Assembly (NCBI GenBank): GCA_964035545.1
Contig: OZ037771.1
Coordinates: 186,001 to 250,000 of the forward strand
DNA from: Bugula neritina
Taxonomy: Eukaryota > Animalia > Bryozoa
Reading direction: 5' to 3'
DNA: 64,000 bases
Notes under the pieces: generated by a model
The model's input: only the letters and a program-made list of their open reading frames with translations
What the model was told of the DNA's origin: nothing
Database searches by the model: none
Part shown: positions 60,616 to 64,000 of the stretch, piece after piece
Layout: every line of letters starts with the position of its first letter
How positions within the stretch are numbered: the first letter of the stretch is position 1
Made by a program: the position numbers and the translations under genes

Positions 60616-63600
60616 TTATGGCTTGTACCAATCTGGCTGTCTGCGCTCTCTGGTTGGATAGCGCCTCTCATGAGGATGGACAATATTATTATCAACTTGG
60701 GGTGTGTTGGGTACCACTGATTTGTTCATATTTGTAGATGGAAGGCGAATTTGAAGCTGATTAGCATGCCTCTTCCAGTTGCCACTGTCTGTTTGTACTA
60801 TGTAGATAGCATTTCCTTGTTTTGATATGATAGTTCCTGGGATCCACTTTGGACCAGTACTGTAGTTACGAGCGTACACTAGTGAGTCAATAGTGAACTG
60901 TGTTGTCTGTGGCTTGTCATGTTTAGGGTATTTGTGATTAGTAGGTTGGAGAAGGGATAGTAAGCCTCTGGGCTGGCGGCCATGCAGGACTTCTGCAGGT
61001 GTTTTCCATTCCAAAGCAGGATGTGGAATGTTCTGTATGATGCTAATGTAAGTCTGATACTCTCGTCTAGAGATGCTCCTCCCTCACAATTCTTGTCCAC
61101 AGAGCTTTTAAAAGTTCTGACAAATCGTTCAGCTTCACCATTTGAAGGTGGGTGGTATGGAGGTGACAAGACATGGTTGATGTGGAAACTGTTGCAGAAA
61201 TTAGTAAATTCCTGGCTGGAAAACTGTGGGCCATTATCTGTAACTATAGTAGCAGGTACACCTTCTATAGCAAAGATATCCTTTAATACTTGTAATGTTT
61301 GGCGAGAAGTTGTCTGCCCTATTTCCATGCGTCCAATATATGGAAATTTTGAACAAGCATCAATGCAGATAAGCCACATTTTTCCTCTAAAAGGTCCAGC
61401 AAAATCTAGATGTATGCGTTCCCATGGCTTGTCTGTCTTGGGCCAGCTTTGAAACTTCTGGTCTGGAGCAGCTGCTGACTCCTGGCATACTTCGCAAGAT
61501 TTTATGGCTAGCTCAATATCCGTGTTGATGGTGCTCCACCACACATAGCGGCGAGCTAGTTGCTTTACCTTGACTACACCCCAGTGTGAAGAATGAAGTG
61601 TGTCTAGTATTCTGCATTGAAGTGAACGAGGTATAACTACACGACTTGTTTGTTCGCGTATCAACAACAATACACCTTGTTCAAGTTGCAGGGAGTCACG
61701 GTGAATCCAGAAAGTGCCCAGTTCTTTGTCATCTGGTTTTGTGACTGGCCAACCTTGCTGAATCCATTTTATGACACGTTGAAGGTGTTGATCTTTGACA
61801 GTTTCCTGTCTGACCTCATTGTATCCAGCAACAGGTGATGTAAATATTTGCTCTTGTATTGCATGGGATATCTCCTTGTTGTCCTGCTGCTCGATCCGGT
61901 CAAAATTGCTATCAGGACCAAATGGTAACCTCGAAAGACAATCAGCATTCCCATGTTGGGAGGTCTTCCTGTACCTGATAGTAAACTGGAAACCCATCAG
62001 AGTGAGAGCCCAGCGTTGTAAACGCTGTGCTGTTAAAGTTGGAATATTTTTGCCTGGTGCAAAAATAGTAGTGAGAGGCTCATGGTCTGTGACTAGCGTA
62101 AAATGTCGTCCATATAGGAATTGTCTGAACTTGGTCACACCATATATAATAGAGAGGGCTTCACGTTCAATCTGAGAGTAGTTCTTTTGAGTGTCAGTCA
62201 ATGTTTTTGAAGCGTAAGCCACTGGAACTTCTCCCTGATCAGTATCCTGCGAGAGAACAACTCCTAATCCATAGGATGACGCATCGGCTGCAAGAATTAG
62301 GGGTTTTGTCTCATCATAGTGTGTCAGGCTAGTAGCATTGATAATGCTATTCTTTAGCTGGGTAAAGGCTTGTTCACATTCATTTGACCATGTGAATGTG
62401 GTATCATTCTTGAGGAGCTTGTACAGTGGAGCTGCTTTATCCGCAAGATTAGAGATGAAGCGCCCATAGTAGTTAACCTTTCCTAGAAATGCTTGCAGTT
62501 GGTGCAAGTCCTGTGGTCGAGGTAATTGAGAGAGAGCTGCCATGGAAGCAGCTGTTGGTCGTTTGCCATCCTTGTCGATGGTGTGACCCAGATACTCAAC
62601 AGAGTGCTTGAAGAATTCACACTTGTCTAATCGTATTCGAAAACCATGCTCTTGAAGTGTTGAAAGCAGGTTTGTCAGATTAGTCCAGTGTTCTTCCTCC
62701 GTTTTACCAGTAATGATTAAATCATCAAGGTATGCAGCAACTCCTGGTAATTTTTGAGTCAAGGTATCCATACACCGTTGAAACTGAGCTGGACCAGGGG
62801 CAATTCCAAAGCACATTCTATTATATTGGTATAATCCGAATGGAGTGTTTATCACACACAGCTGTTTGGCATCATCTTCTAGCTCAAGTTGTAGGTAAGC
62901 ATCAGCCAAGTCAAGTTTGGTGAAGAATTTACCTCCTCTAAGCCTGTTCATTAAATCATCCAGTTTTGGTAGTGGATGCTGATCTATGGAGATGCACTGA
63001 TTGAGTCGCTTGAAATCTCCACAGATGCGAACTTTGCCAGACGGTTTGGTAACCACTACTATAGGAGCGGCCCAGTTACTGAAGTTAATACGTTGTATGA
63101 CACCTTCAGCTTCAAGCCTGTTTAATTCAGCCCTAGTGGCCTCATGTTGAGAATAGGGGATTTCTCTAGGTTTAGAAAAACAAGGTTTATGTTCTGATTT
63201 GAGGTAAATTGGTACTTTGAATGTTTTACAATGTCCTATTCCAGGTTTGAAAACATCGGGATATTTTGTTGTGAGAACTTTGACCTTGGTATCAACATTG
63301 TGTACTGCGTTAGTAACCTCGGTGTCACTGTCTACAGCAGATAGACCCTGTTGTGATAGTCCAAAACTGTCACTCCAGTCTACTCCCAGTAAGTTGACAC
63401 CTTCATCTGAGTCTACTATTAATAATCGAAGATTGTTTTTTGTAGTCTGACCAATGGTTACTGTTACATAGCATTCACCACGTACCTGCATAGCGGTATT
63501 TCCATATGAATGAAGGGTCGTGTCTGTCTGTTGATATGGTGGAGAGCCTAGGGCTTCGTAGCCTTTGTTCCCTACCATAGAGCAAGTAGCGCCTGTGTCC

Positions 63601-64000
63601 CACTGAAATTGTGTTTGTTTGTTGTTCACAGTAGTGTTAATCCATATTTGTTTCCCCTTGCGTTCATATATATTGTAAACACTACTTGAAGATTCTTCTA
63701 CGAAGTGAGAGTTGTTCCCACTTGATTTTGATGAAGTTTTGCAGACGCTAGAAATATGTCCTGTTTTGTTGCACAGCTTACATTGTTTGTTACGGTGAGG
63801 ACATTGTTTACGATCGTGGCTAATGTAGCATTGTGGACACGATTTCAACTTAGAAGGCTGTGTTGGCATAGCAGTCTGGTTTTCAGACTTGTGAAATTGT
63901 GGTCTCTTGCCCTGACTACCTTTGTTTTGACGTTTGTATGTTGAGGACATTTGATTTGTGGTAACAGGTGTAGAGGTCTCACCCTTCAAAACTTTATCAG
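60616..64000 (-). CDS. Gag-Pol polyprotein (Zn knuckles, protease, RT, RNase H, integrase) with one frameshift near 61030
   Basis: CPQCYISHDRKQC + CKLCNKTGHISSVC knuckles; FQWDTGA protease; WAAPIVVV, RICGDFK, YLDD RT; ADASSYGLG, YSQIEREAL RNase H; HSSH...CEVC, HLDFAGP, TDNGPQF, SNGEAERFVRTFK integrase. The integrase C-terminus (WKTPAEVLHGRQPR...GPKWIPG) continues in ORF 60616..61014. Confidence 0.95.

Larger units (their letters stand above)
60291..64000 (-). mobile_element. Ty3/gypsy (Mag-like) LTR retrotransposon, 3' portion; 5' end outside window
   Basis: Gag-pol ORF, polypurine tract GAGGGAGGAG (minus; 60588-60597) directly followed by TG-starting 3' LTR. Confidence 0.95.

Noticed and set aside
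60982-63944. Plus-strand ORFs over the retrotransposon
   Set aside because: Antisense shadows of pol.

Overview
Intron-rich animal (invertebrate-looking; species not determinable from sequence alone) nuclear DNA. I reconstructed five spliced genes by hand using GT-AG sites and reading-frame continuity. (1) An AT-hook plus 13x C2H2 zinc-finger gene (+, 3830-12084). (2) A ~2,700-aa secreted mosaic protein (+, 13088-29010): signal peptide, unrecognised region, Kunitz domain, furin sites, mucin repeats and an RGM/VWD-like FGDPH domain. (3) DDOST/OST48 (-, 29156-31841). (4) PELP1/Rix1 (+, ~34660-41648, start unresolved). (5) An SLC6 proline-transporter-like gene (+, 51471-59412). Mobile DNA comprises a non-autonomous hAT element, a MITE and the 3' part of a Mag-like Ty3/gypsy LTR retrotransposon. 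The most striking pattern is that most of the larger internal introns carry their own private minisatellite. Many of these arrays are amplified copies of the adjacent splice donor, splice acceptor, exon edge or stop codon, producing tens of decoy splice sites per intron. Most long ORFs in the supplied track are artefacts of these arrays. Exon coordinates are manual predictions, not transcript-verified.
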